Below are positions 33,412-44,240 of a stretch of DNA of 64,000 nt, piece after piece (within the stretch, counting starts at the first letter, position 1; every line of letters begins with the position of its first letter). The notes below the pieces were generated by a model. The model had not been told where the DNA came from, did not search any database, and saw only the letters and a program-made list of their open reading frames with translations. A program made the translations under genes and the position numbers. Source of the DNA: Thecamonas trahens ATCC 50062 (Eukaryota; Protista; Apusomonadida). The stretch spans positions 124,001 to 188,000 of the forward strand of contig NW_013657637.1 of NCBI RefSeq assembly GCF_000142905.1, read 5' to 3'.

Positions 33412-34839
33412 CTAGTGGCGCTTGCCCTTGCTAGACGGGCGGCGCTTGCCCCTGGAGCTCTTAGAGCCGCGGCCGGACTTGCTCGACTTATCGCTCTTGA
33501 ACTTCTTCTGGTTGCGGGTCGGAGTCTCGTCCTCGTCCTCGACGTAGCGGATGCGCTTGCCAGAGACGCCCGACTCGCGGAGCATGGCGTTTGCCACGGC
33601 CTGGGCCTCAACAACACGGTCCATAAGGAGCATGACCGAGGGCTCGTCGGTACGGTAAAGCTTCATCTTCTTGCCGACGAGGTTCTCGATGCGCTGGAAG
33701 ATCTCGACGTCGTACTGGGTGACCATGGAGATGGCGACGCCGGTGCGGCCGGCGCGGGCAGTGCGGCCAACGCGGTGAACGTAGTCCTTGGAGCGGACGG
33801 GGAGCTGAGCGTTGATGACAAGATCCACGGTGGGAATGTCAAGGCCGCGCGAGGCAACGTCTGTGGCAACAAGGATGGACTTGGACTTGGACTTGAACTT
33901 GCCGAGGGCAGCAAAGCGCTTGGACTGGTTGAGCTTGCCGTGGAGGGCGACGACGCCAAAGCCCATCGAGCCGAGCATGAGGGCGAGGCGCTGGGCCTCC
34001 TTGCAGGTGGCGACAAAGACGATGGCGGAGCGGGCGCCAAACTCGTTGAGGATGTACGCGAGGTAGCAGTCGAGGAGCTGGGCCGGGAGGAAGACGTAGC
34101 GCTGATCAAGATTGTCGGGCGTGGCGTACTTGTTGGAGTACTCGACGCGGACCGGGTTGCGGAGCGAGGCACGCTGGAGCTTGGCGACCTTGGTGGTCAT
34201 GGTAGCAGAGAAGAGGAACGAGGTACGGCTCTCCGAGTCCGGCACAGCCTTGAGGATCTCGTTGAGGGCCTCCTCAAAGTCTGCGTTGAGAATGCGATCG
34301 GCCTCGTCCATGACCAGGAACTTGAGCTTGGAGAGGGAGAAGCCGCGGGTCTGCTGGAGGTGATCGAGGAGGCGGCCAGGGGTAGCGACGAGGACGTGCG
34401 GCTTGCGGGCGAGCGTGCGAGCCTGCTCGGGCATGTCAGTGCCACCAACAACCAGGGCGACCTTGAGACCGACGTCTGTTCCCAGAGCGCGGAACTGCTC
34501 TGCGATCTGGAGGGCGAGTTCACGAGTCGGGGTGAGGACGAGGGCGTATGTACCCGGCATGCGCTCAGCATTGAGCAGCGAGTGAATGATGGGCAGAGCA
34601 AATGCACCAGTCTTGCCTGATCCCGTCTCTGCCAGACCGATGACGTCCTCTCCGCGCAGCGCAACAGGAATGGCCTGGGCCTGGATGCCGGTTGGCGCTG
34701 GCCAGCCGAGCGAGGTGCAGATGTCCACCAACTGGGGATGGAGGCCAACCGAGGCCCAGGAGGCTGCTTCCACAGACGACGACGCGGCCGCGTCCCCCCG
34801 CTCTTCTGAGGGGTTGTTGGAGTCAGACGAGGAAGACAT
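33412..34839 (-). CDS. DDX47: DEAD-box rRNA helicase DDX47/Rrp3
   Basis: GLAETGSGKTGAFALP, PTRELA, MDEADRILN, SATMTTKVAKLQRASL, YVHRVGRTARAG and VTQYDVE. Confidence 0.93.
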   Translation of the reverse strand: MSSSSDSNNPSEERGDAAASSSVEAASWASVGLHPQLVDICTSLGWPAPTGIQAQAIPVALRGEDVIGLAETGSGKTGAFALPIIHSLLNAERMPGTYALVLTPTRELALQIAEQFRALGTDVGLKVALVVGGTDMPEQARTLARKPHVLVATPGRLLDHLQQTRGFSLSKLKFLVMDEADRILNADFEEALNEILKAVPDSESRTSFLFSATMTTKVAKLQRASLRNPVRVEYSNKYATPDNLDQRYVFLPAQLLDCYLAYILNEFGARSAIVFVATCKEAQRLALMLGSMGFGVVALHGKLNQSKRFAALGKFKSKSKSILVATDVASRGLDIPTVDLVINAQLPVRSKDYVHRVGRTARAGRTGVAISMVTQYDVEIFQRIENLVGKKMKLYRTDEPSVMLLMDRVVEAQAVANAMLRESGVSGKRIRYVEDEDETPTRNQKKFKSDKSSKSGRGSKSSRGKRRPSSKGKRH

Positions 34840-35116
34840 GATGTTGTGTTGGGGCTGGGGTGGGTGGTGGCGGCGGGGGTGAGGTGTGGTTGAGGGATGG
34901 ATGGATGGGGGTGATGGCCGAGGCGGGGGGAGGTGTTCGTGAATGATGGGGGGAGGGAGAGCTCTTCTCTCTCTCTCAANNNNNNNNNNNNNNNNNNNNN
35001 NNNNNNNNNNNNNNNNNNNNNNNNNNNNNNNNNNNNNNNNNNNNNNNNNNNNNNNNNNNNNNNNNNNNNNNNNNNNNNNGGTGGGGGGGGGTGGGGGGGA
35101 TGGGGGTGATTGTGAT

Positions 35117-35312
35117 TGTGGTGGTGATGATCATGGGCATGGTGGTGGTGATGATCATGGGCATGGTGGCGGTGATGATCATGGGCATGGTGGTGGTGAT
35201 GATCATGGGCATGGTGGCGGTGATGATCATGGGCATGGTGGCAGTGATGATCATGGGCATGGTGGTGGTGATGATCATGGGCATGGTGGTGGTGATGATC
35301 ATGGTAATGACG
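35117..35312. repeat. 24-bp tandem repeat (GGTGGYGGTGATGATCATGGGCAT) x~8
   Basis: Read directly; it lies between the divergent DDX47 and XPF starts. Confidence 0.93.
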
Positions 35313-35374
35313 ATGGAGATGGTGTTGGTGGCGAGTCAGCGCCTGTAACTGGCCATTAGGGCCAGATCGGGACC

Positions 35375-38300
35375 ATGACATCCCTGCGGCCTGACACCAG
35401 AAGTTGCTTCAACTTGTCCGGACCAGGTACCGCAGCCTCGAATCGCACTCTCCCTCCCCTCCCCTCCGCCCCTCCCCCCCCCCCCCCCCTCCCCCAACCT
35501 CCGCCCACCCCACCAACTACAACCACAGAAAGAGGAACCACAGAAAGAGGATAGAAGGATACGAGGTGTGGTACAGGCAGGAGGATGCTTGGGTACCAGC
35601 GCGAGGCGTTCACAGAGCTCCTGGCCGATGACGGACTGCTGGTCATGGGCGCTGGTCTGGGCATGGATGACATCATCCGGGCCTTCCTCGAGCTGTACTC
35701 GGAGCGTGGCACACTGGTCCTGGTCATCGGTGCGCTAGGTGATGATGCGGAGCGGCTGACAGAGCCGCTGATTGGCCGGCTGTCGGGGGCAAAGGCTGCT
35801 GCTGCCTCCATGATCATCCTCCCGCGGAGCATGGACGCCAACATGCCCGCCGCCGCCCGGGTGGCTGAGTACCTCCGTGGCGGCGTGTGCTTTGTCACCG
35901 GTCGTGTCCTGGTGGTCGACATGCTCAATGGAGTTGTTCCGCTAGATCTGGTCTCGGGCATCCTCGTTCTCCACGCGCATCGCATCGTCAAGACCCCGAT
36001 GGAGGCCTTTGCCCTGCAGCTCTTCCGTGCGGCCAACAAGGTTGGCTTCATCCGGGCCTTCTCGTCGATGCCAGGCTCGCTTGCCGCTGGCCTCAACAAG
36101 GTGGAGAAGGCCATGAAGCTGCTGTATGTCAAACAGCTCTTCCTCTGGCCGCGGTTCCGGCTCCTGGTCAAAGACGCCCTTGAGGAGGATCCTCCGCAGG
36201 TCATCGAGCTGCGGCAGCCGCTCTCGGCCGGCATGGCCGACGTGCTCGATGCGGTGCTGGCGGTGGTCCAAGCCCTCCTCGACGAGCTCAAGCGCGAGAA
36301 CGCGCTCGACGCCACCGAGCTCACGCTCGAGTCGGCGCTGCTCGGCTCGTTCGACTCGGTCATCCGGCGACAGCTCGATCCGGTCTGGCACTCGACGTCG
36401 GAGAAGACGCGGGCCATGGTGGCCGACTTGCGGACGCTGCGGAACCTGCTCGAGGTGCTCAACGTGTACGACTGTGTCTCTTTTGCCCGCTACGTCTCCT
36501 CGCTCCGCGCCTCGGATGGCTACCTCGGCCAGCCGGCCATCTGGCTCTTCCTCGAGGCTGCGGACAAGCTCTTCACCGCCGCGCGTCGGCGAGTGTACTC
36601 CAAGCTTCCACCGCCCAAGGACGCGCCGTCACCGGCGCCGCGCATTGTGCCGGTCCTGGAGCCGAACCCCAAGTGGGGCCTCCTCACCTCGCTCCTCGAC
36701 GAGATCGCCGAGCTCGTTGCCGACGCCGCCGGCGCTGGCCTGGTCGGCGACCTCGGTTCCGGCGACCTCTCATGGTCGTGTCTCGTCTTTGTCCGCGACA
36801 CTCGTGTCGCCTGCCAGCTCGGCGAGGTCATCCGCGATGGGCCCGAGGCCATGCTCACCCGCAAGTACGCACAGTTTATGGATGAGATGGAGAGCGGCGG
36901 CGCGCCGGCGGTGGCGTCGGGTGCGGCCTTGCGCGGCGGCTTTGGCATCCGCGCCAACACCTTTGCCGGTGGCAACGCCGCAGACTACATCCGCTCTAAT
37001 CAGCTCCGCAAGGTCGCCGTGGCCAAGCGGACGCGGTCGGCCGCGACGCTGGCAGCCAAGGCCGGAAAAGTTGCCGCGGCAGCGGCGGCAGCCGGCACGT
37101 CCAGCCGCAAGGCCAAGCCCGCGGCGGCCTCCAAGGGCACCAAGCCCGGCTTGGCGCTGTTTGTGCCCGAAGGCGGCGGTGAGGAACGCAGCGCAGATGC
37201 GCGTCTCGAGCTCGAGCTCGCCGATGAGAAGCTCCGGCCGCAGCCGGAGGATGCGCTGGAGGACCTCCATCACGCTGAGTTTGAGGCGCATTTTGGCCTT
37301 GAAGAGTCGCCACTGGTTCTCATCCGCGAGATGGACTCTCCGCTCCGCGTGCTGCGCGAGACCCAGCCGACGTTTGTCGTGCTGTACGACTATGACATTG
37401 CGGCCGTGCGCGCGCTCGAGGTGTACAAAGCCGAACGGCCGCAGCTCCCGCTGCGGGTCTACATCCTGTTCTACGAGAACTCTGTGGAGAAGCAGACATA
37501 CCTGTCATCACTCAAGCGCGAGCGGGCAGCGTTTGAAAAGCTCATCCGGACCAAGGCCATCATGGTGGTGCCCGATGACCAGGATGGGAAGACCGTGCGC
37601 GAGGGCGAGTCGCGGGCGCAGGCGGCGGCATCGGCATCGCTGGCGCGATCATCGCGCCGGTCGTCGATCTTGCCCAAGTCGCTCGCGCAGATGCGGGCGA
37701 GCGAAGCGCGGGCCGGCGGGCAAATTGTAGTCGACCTGCGCGAGTTCCGGTCTGCGCTCCCGTGGCTGGTCTACCAGGCCGGGATGCGGGTGGTGCCGGC
37801 GACGCTCGAGGTCGGCGACTTTGTGCTCTCGCCGGACGTGGCTGTGGAGCGCAAGTCGATTCCGGACCTGTACTCGTCGTTCAAGTCTGGGCGGCTTTAC
37901 ACGCAGGCGCAGGCCATGTCGCGGTTCTACGCGCACCCTGTGCTCCTCATCGAGTTTACCGACGATCGCGTGTTCTCGCTCCAGGCGCGGACGGACATTC
38001 CACACGACATCCACGTCTCCAACATCATCTCCAAGCTCGCGCTCCTCATTCTGCACTTTCCGCGGCTCCGCATCGCGTGGGCGCGCAATCCACACCACTC
38101 GGCAGCCATGTTTGCGGCGATCAAGCGGCACCGGACTGAGCCCGACGCGGCGATTGCCACGGCGGTGGGCACCGACCCGAGCGCGCTGAGCGCCGAGGCC
38201 GAGGCTGCCGCGTACGACCACGAGGCGCGAACGATTCTGGAAAAGCTGCCCGGAATCACGCAGCACAACATCCAGCACGTGATGAGCTCTGTTGAGTCGC

Positions 38301-38530
38301 TAGCAGAGCTCGCGCGCAAGAGCCGCACCGAGCTCGAGGCGCTGATGGGCAAGGCCAATGGCGACAAGCTGTACAAGTTTATGCACACGGTGGCCCAGCC
38401 CGAGGCGGCGAGCCTTGAGCCCAACGCACGGGTGACGGCGGCGGCGCGACGGCGGACGCGAAAGCGGCGGATCTCGGCCAAGGCCGCTTCTTGGGCTGGC
38501 AAGCCGGCCAAGTCGGCCAAGCGTGGGTGA
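35375..38530 (+). CDS. ERCC4: Structure-specific endonuclease XPF/Rad1/MEI-9; possible short exon 1 35375-35426, intron 35427-35576 (otherwise start 35585)
   Basis: Helicase-like N-terminus (GLG, LWPRF), nuclease motifs VDLREFRS, VGDF and VERKSIPDL, and HhH motif LPGIT. Confidence 0.95.
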
Positions 38531-38535
38531 GAGTG

Positions 38536-40733
38536 TCATGCGTTGTCGGGTGCGCGCTGGAGCGCCTCACCAAAGATGAGATAGCACTTGTCCATGGCAA
38601 ATCCGCCGGCAAGCATAGGCATGTTCGGAGTGAGGAGCGCGAGTGAGTTGCGGAGCTTGCGCGAGTTGTCCGACGCCGAGGCGGGTGCGGATGCAGAAGC
38701 GCTGGCGGTGGTGGCGGTGGCGGTAGAGTCGGGCGCAGGCTGGCGGGCGTCGGCGTCGGTATCTTGGTCCGAGCCTGTCGACGAGACCACAAGCTGGCGG
38801 ACCATGCGGTCGGCCGGCGAGGGTGCAGCGTCAAGTGAAGACGACTTGAGCTTGGAGAGATTGACAGGGGCGAAGACCATGGGGTAGAACGGGTGCTGGA
38901 TGAGGGTCTCGTTGGTGGTGCAGGCGCGATGGACAAAGCCCTTACCTGAGGCGCGGAAGTAGGTTTCCAGCGGCTGAGGACGGACGCACGAGTTCTGATG
39001 GGCGCGGCGGGAGCGGGCCATCGGCCGCTTCAGCAGGTACCGCGGACGCGACGAGCGGCCGGCGCGGTGGCGGCTGGAGCGGCCAGAGCGGCCAGAGTCG
39101 GCTGCGGTCCGCCCGCGCGAGGTTTTGCGGTACTTGCTCTTCCGCTGGCGGCGGCCAGCAGCGTAGAACCCGGTACCGTCGTCGTGCTGGCGATCGTCGT
39201 CGTCGTCCGATCCAGCGTCGTCGTCGTCGTCATTGCCGGCCTGCCGGCTGCGGCCGCTGCCAACCTCGTTGCGGCTGCCGTTACCGTCGTCGTGCCCGTG
39301 GTCGTCGTCGCCGCCGTCGTCGCCAGAGCCACGGCCGCGGTCGGAGCGGTCGTCGCCAGAGCGCTTGTCGGTCGACCGCGAGCGGCGCGAGCGGCGCGAG
39401 GACGATCGCTTGCGCTTGCGCGAGGGCAGCGGGCGCGAGTTTGAGCGCGAGCGCGAGCGCTGCGAAGCCGAGCCATCTGACGACTGATCGTCGTCGTCGG
39501 CTTTGACTTTGACCTTGCCGTTGCCGCGGCGAGAGCCCGGGCCCGAGGCCACATCCATAGGCTGCGGCTTTGCGCCTCGGCGGGCGGTATCGCTCTTGGC
39601 TCCGCGGCTATGCTTGGGCTCGTCGCCATCGTCGTTGCCATCACTCTCATCTTCGTCGTCATCGTTGTCGTCATCGTCTGACGACGAGGCCTCGGCGAGA
39701 CGCTGCAGCTCGCGGGCACGAGCGCGGTCGGCGCGCGACATGGGCTGGGTCTCGGAGGCGTGTGGAGACTGGCTCTGCTGCTGCGACGGCGACTTGCGGG
39801 TTTTTCCGGCGGTAGCCCGCTTTCCCTTGTCGGCCTGCGGTGAATCGCGGGCGGAGGAGCGCGAGCCTCTGCGGGCGGTGGCCGGCTTGGATGCGGAAGA
39901 CTGCGACTTGCGTGCTCCGCTGCCGCGCTTGGCAGGCTTGCGAGCCTGATTCGCCTGCGACTTGCCTGTGGCAGCACCGCCACGGCCGCGGGAGCGTGTC
40001 TGGCGCGGGATGGGTAGCGATGACGAGGAGTCTGAAGCCGAGTCGGACAAGTCTTCAGCGGCACGGCCCCACGTTGGTCGCCACCCTCGTCCTCCTCGTC
40101 GCCGACCTCGTTGTCTGATTCCTCAGACTCTGACGCTTTGCGTGAGCGAGAGCGCTTCTTTGCCAAAGACGACGACAGCTTCTTCTTTGTCTTGCTGGCC
40201 GAGGCGTGCTTGCGGGTAGCAGCCGAGCGAGCCGAGGACTGAGCCGAGCGCGAGCGACGAGCCGAGCGGCTTGACGAAGACTCTGTGGCGTCGTCGTCGT
40301 CGTCGTCATTGGCCTTGGCTCTGTCCGCCTTGGCCTTGTTGGACCTGCTCCCCTTGTTGTTGGCTTGACTCCGACTGGGCTGCGCAGCATTCCGTGCGGC
40401 GCGTCTGGAGCGGGTAGCACGAGCGCGGGAGCCGTGCTCAGCGCCGCCCATGATTTGCGACTCTATGAATGAGACAGCCACAGCATGAGAGCAGAGAGAG
40501 AAGGTAGTGTTGTCTGTGGTGGTCTGGAGGTCAGAGTCGTAGGCAAGGAGTGCCTCCAGCTCGTCATGGCTGGCATAGCGGACAACACCTAGGTCGGCAA
40601 AATGGGCTTCCACCTGGGGCTCGCCTAGCTGGACACGGGCAGCGACCTGGACTACAGGGCTCCACTCGCCTCCTTCCGAGTCGTGTAGCACGCAGATGGC
40701 AGACCCGTGTCGGGGGTCTGCTCCCACGCGCAT
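38536..40733 (-). CDS. Hypothetical nuclear protein: Tudor/PWWP-like N-terminus, long RS/acidic low-complexity region, small C-terminal domain; frameshift at ~40068
   Basis: ORFs 39030-40733 and 38536-40050 join if one G is added to GGGG 40067-40070. GEWSPVVQV...VEAHFADLGVVRYASHDELEAL resembles a Tudor barrel. Confidence 0.6.
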
Positions 40734-41015
40734 GGTTGGTCTGGGTGGGGTAGGGGGGGTGGGGTGGGGGTGGGGGTGGGGTGGAGGGGGGGGANNNNNN
40801 NNNNNNNNNNNNNNNNNNNNNNNNNNNNNNNNNNNNNNNNNNNNNNNNNNNNNNNNNNNNNNNNNNNNNNNNNNNNNNNNNNNNNNNNNNNNNNNNNNNN
40901 NNNNNNNNNNNNNNNNNNNNNNNNNNNNNNNNNNNNNNNNNNNNNNNNNNNNNNNNNNNNNNNNNNNNNNNNNNNNNNNNNNNNNNNNNNNNNNNNNNNN
41001 NNNNNNNNTTGTAGT

Positions 41016-41080
41016 GATGGTGGTGATGGTGGTGATGGTGGTGATGGTGGTGATGGTGGTGATGGTGGTGATGGTGATGG
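41016..41080. repeat. (GATGGTGGT)n simple repeat next to a gap
   Basis: Read directly. Confidence 0.9.
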
Positions 41081-41449
41081 GTGAGGTGGGGGGGGGGGGG
41101 GGGGGGGTGGGGAGGGGACATTCTCGTGGGAGGGTCTGATCAGGCTTATTAGGCCTGGAGAGCGGGAGAGGGGCAGAGGGGACTGATGGGTTGGCGATCT
41201 ATTGAAAGGGGATCGATCATCTTAGCTGTTGAGAGTTGTAGATCGTTGTAGGGTTGTGAGGGGTGGTTGCCTTGCAGCTGGTGGGGAACAGTTCAGCCAG
41301 ATGGGGATCGCGCCGAAGGGCAGGGGGACGGGAGGCGGGCTAGAAGCTGGTTGATGCAGCTAATAGAGGCGAATGATGGGAGTTGGTGGGCCGATGACAA
41401 CCTCGAAGGACGTGGAGTGGTGAGGTAGTCGGCAGGCGGTTGGAGGAGG

Positions 41450-41914
41450 TCAAGACTTGCGAGCGACGAGATGCGGATTGAGGCGGATGAGGGCCGAGTT
41501 GAGGGCAAAGGCGATAGCGAGCCATGCGAGGTAGGGTAGGAGAAGAAGCATGGCCGGGATGTCGACAGATGCTGCCACGACGATGAGGGCAAGGACGACG
41601 GCCATGAGTACGGCCATGATGGTACGCGCGGCAGCCATGCGATGTGCGCCAAAGAAAGTCGGCGTCCAGACGGCGTTAAGAGCGATCTGTGCAGCAAAGA
41701 GGGCCGATGCCAGCGGCGATGCGCGGAGGCGTGTGGCAGCAATGATCATGGCTACATACAGCGCCGTCCACACGATGGGGAAGGCCAAGTTGGGCGGAGT
41801 GAACCACGGCTTGCGCAGGCCGGCGTACCACTCGCCCGGAGGGAACATCGCCCCAGTCGCCGCCGCCGCCGCCACGCTCACCACGTATCCACAAGTCACT
41901 CCTGCCACAGCCAT
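41450..41914 (-). CDS. TSPO: TspO/MBR tryptophan-rich sensory protein (start 41914 or 41944)
   Basis: WYAGLRKPWFTPPNLAFPIVWTALY, QIALNAVWTPTFFG and LLPYLAW..A..LN; five hydrophobic segments. Confidence 0.95.
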   Translation of the reverse strand: MAVAGVTCGYVVSVAAAAATGAMFPPGEWYAGLRKPWFTPPNLAFPIVWTALYVAMIIAATRLRASPLASALFAAQIALNAVWTPTFFGAHRMAAARTIMAVLMAVVLALIVVAASVDIPAMLLLLPYLAWLAIAFALNSALIRLNPHLVARKS

Positions 41915-42095
41915 GGTGCTCTCGCTGCTTCCTGTCTCGTCCATCCGTCGCGTCTTCGTCTCCGGAACCAGTCGAGTCTGCCCACCTGCCCCATGTTCAC
42001 TGCCCGCGTCGGCTCCCTGAGCACCACTTGGCGTCAGCCATTCCTTCTGCCTGCCTTGACATGGTCTCTGTGCGGATGTTGATGTTGTCTTCCTG

Positions 42096-42361
42096 ATGCC
42101 TATGCCCATACCGATGCCTATGCCCATACCCATGCCTATGCCCATACCCATGCCTATGCCCACACCGATGCCTATGCCCACACCGATGCCTATGCCCATA
42201 CCCATGCCTATGCCCACACCGATGCCTATGCCCACACCGATGCCCACACCGATGCCTATGCCCATACCGATGCCCATACCCATGCCCATGCCCATACCGA
42301 TGCCCATGCCCATACGCCCATACCCATACCCATGCCCATGCCTGCACAGCCCTCCCGATCG

Positions 42362-42405
<44 letters not shown>
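42096..42405. repeat. Degenerate hexamer satellite (ATGCCC/ATGCCT/ATACCC/ACACCG)n in the TspO-GSDH divergent promoter
   Basis: Read directly. It produces spurious MG/MP/HG dipeptide ORFs. Confidence 0.95.
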
Positions 42406-42407
<2 letters not shown>

Positions 42408-42495
42408 ATGGGGTGCAGGCAGCCGACGGAAACAAGCTGACAACAGCAGCATACCCAACTCGGGCAACTGGGGCGGGGACCAAGAGCAAGTGACC

Positions 42496-44019
42496 ATGAC
42501 AAGTGAGACATGGGGTATAGGACGGATGGCTGTGACCATGGCTGTGGCTGTGGCTGTGACTGTGACTGTGCTGGCGGCAGAGCCAGTGGCCGCCAGTGAC
42601 CTCTTGTCGGTCCATGCTGTGCGGCGGTCCGAGGCGTATCTGGTGGATGTGGCGGCATCGGACGAGTTGGGCATGGCTGTTGGCGTGGCCAAGGACGGCC
42701 GAGTCTGGATGTATCCTTATGATGACTCTGTGGTGCCGTCAACCGTCGCCTGGGCTGCCGGCGAGCTGGTTCTTGATCTCCGCGGCGTCGTTGATACCTC
42801 CATCGAGGGCGGGCTGCTCTCCGTCGCCCTCGCGCCGGACTTTTCTGCATCCGGCCGGATGTATGTCAACTATGTTTGCACATCGGGTGCACAGTGTGTG
42901 TACCCGTGTGCCGGAAGCCCCGGATCATGCCCGTCCGGCGAGTCGTGCACAGCTGGGGTCTGCTCTGGCGGCGGCGTGTCCATGATCGACGAGTATGTTG
43001 TTGACCTTGCCGCCAAGAACGCGAGCTTCTCGCGGAACATCCTCAAGGTTCTCCAGCCTTGGCTCAACCACAACGTGGCGGACATGGTTTTTGAACCGGA
43101 GGCGCGGCAGCCGACCGACGGTTCAGGCGCGGTGCTGCTCGTCGGCGTTGGTGATGGTGGTGCCCACTCGGATCCGCGCAACCTTGCCCAGAACCCAGCC
43201 GAGCTGCATGGTAAGATGCTGCGGCTGCTTGTGCCAGCGTCGACTGCTGGGGCTGAGGGCGCGCTCTGGGGCCACCACAGTGTGCCGGCAGACAATCCGC
43301 GCGCGGGCTCGATCGAGTTTGCGCGCGGGCTGCGGCACCCGTGGCGGTTCTCGCTCGACGCTGAGCTCAACCCGGGCGCGCTGCTGGTTGCCGATGTGGG
43401 CCAGGAGTCGCGCGAGGAGCTCAGCATTGTCCGCGCCGGTAACAACCTCGGGTGGCCACGGTGGGAGGGCTCGATGCTCTGGCGGGCCGACACCGCGCTC
43501 TCGGATGGGGCCTACGTCGGGCCGGTGGTCGAGTACCCGCACTCGATCTCGTCGACAGGATGGGCGTCGATCACTGGCGGCTTTCTCCTCCGCAACCAGA
43601 CGTGGTTCCCCTCGCTCGTCGACCACTACGTGTACGCCGACTACATTCACGGCCTCCGAGTGGCCAACGAGGTCACGCCCCGGGGCTCGCTCGAGTTTGG
43701 CGACGACGGCTTCCTCGAAGTCAAGCTCCGCGACGACATTGAGCCGGCCAGCCCCGTCGCCATCGAAGGTATCGTCTCGATGGCGCTCGTTGGTGAGCGC
43801 CGGCTTTACGTTCTCGCGCAGACTGGCATCTACGAGCTTATCGATCCGCTTGCCGGCATCGCCTACGACTTTGAGACCAACGCCACGGTCTCGCGCTCGC
43901 CGGCGTCTCCTCCTGCGCTCTCGCGGACAGCCTCTGTCATCATCGCGGCAGCAGTTGTCACCGTCCTCGTCGGTCTCCTCGCCGTCGCTGCCGTGTGTGT
44001 CCGTCGCCAGGAGCAGTAG
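42496..44019 (+). CDS. HIPL1-like / PQQ-type glucose-sorbosone dehydrogenase beta-propeller, type I membrane protein
   Basis: Signal peptide; EGGLLSVALAPDF, NHN, GVGDGG, AQN...GKMLRL, ARGLRHPWRFS, DVGQ, GNNLGWP..EG and SITGG; Cys-rich insert; C-terminal TM helix. Confidence 0.88.
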   Translation: MTSETWGIGRMAVTMAVAVAVTVTVLAAEPVAASDLLSVHAVRRSEAYLVDVAASDELGMAVGVAKDGRVWMYPYDDSVVPSTVAWAAGELVLDLRGVVDTSIEGGLLSVALAPDFSASGRMYVNYVCTSGAQCVYPCAGSPGSCPSGESCTAGVCSGGGVSMIDEYVVDLAAKNASFSRNILKVLQPWLNHNVADMVFEPEARQPTDGSGAVLLVGVGDGGAHSDPRNLAQNPAELHGKMLRLLVPASTAGAEGALWGHHSVPADNPRAGSIEFARGLRHPWRFSLDAELNPGALLVADVGQESREELSIVRAGNNLGWPRWEGSMLWRADTALSDGAYVGPVVEYPHSISSTGWASITGGFLLRNQTWFPSLVDHYVYADYIHGLRVANEVTPRGSLEFGDDGFLEVKLRDDIEPASPVAIEGIVSMALVGERRLYVLAQTGIYELIDPLAGIAYDFETNATVSRSPASPPALSRTASVIIAAAVVTVLVGLLAVAAVCVRRQEQ

Positions 44020-44240
44020 TAGACCTCTCGTCCTCACTTTTGCTAGCCTGCAGCCGCAAGTGCTGTGCTATCAAAGACGTGATATACAGCCTGGGTGAGC
44101 GGATAGCAGGCGATCGAGCGAATGGGCTCCCGCTGAGTGACCCATGCTGGTGAGGCCGTGGCAGGAGGGGCGGGCGGTCGCCAGGGGTTGGCAAGCAGGC
44201 AGCACCGTCCGGGCACACTCGACTCGCAAGCACGAATTGG

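Noticed and set aside
34197-35381. Poly-His protein on the minus strand (also 40564-41121)
   Set aside because: It is a translation of simple repeats across N-gaps, and the repeat variants are non-synonymous in that frame.
41915-42850. 466-aa TspO with a long MG/HG-repeat N-terminal extension
   Set aside because: The extension is read-through of a stop-free hexamer satellite and overlaps the divergent GSDH gene; the real start is probably 41914 or 41944.
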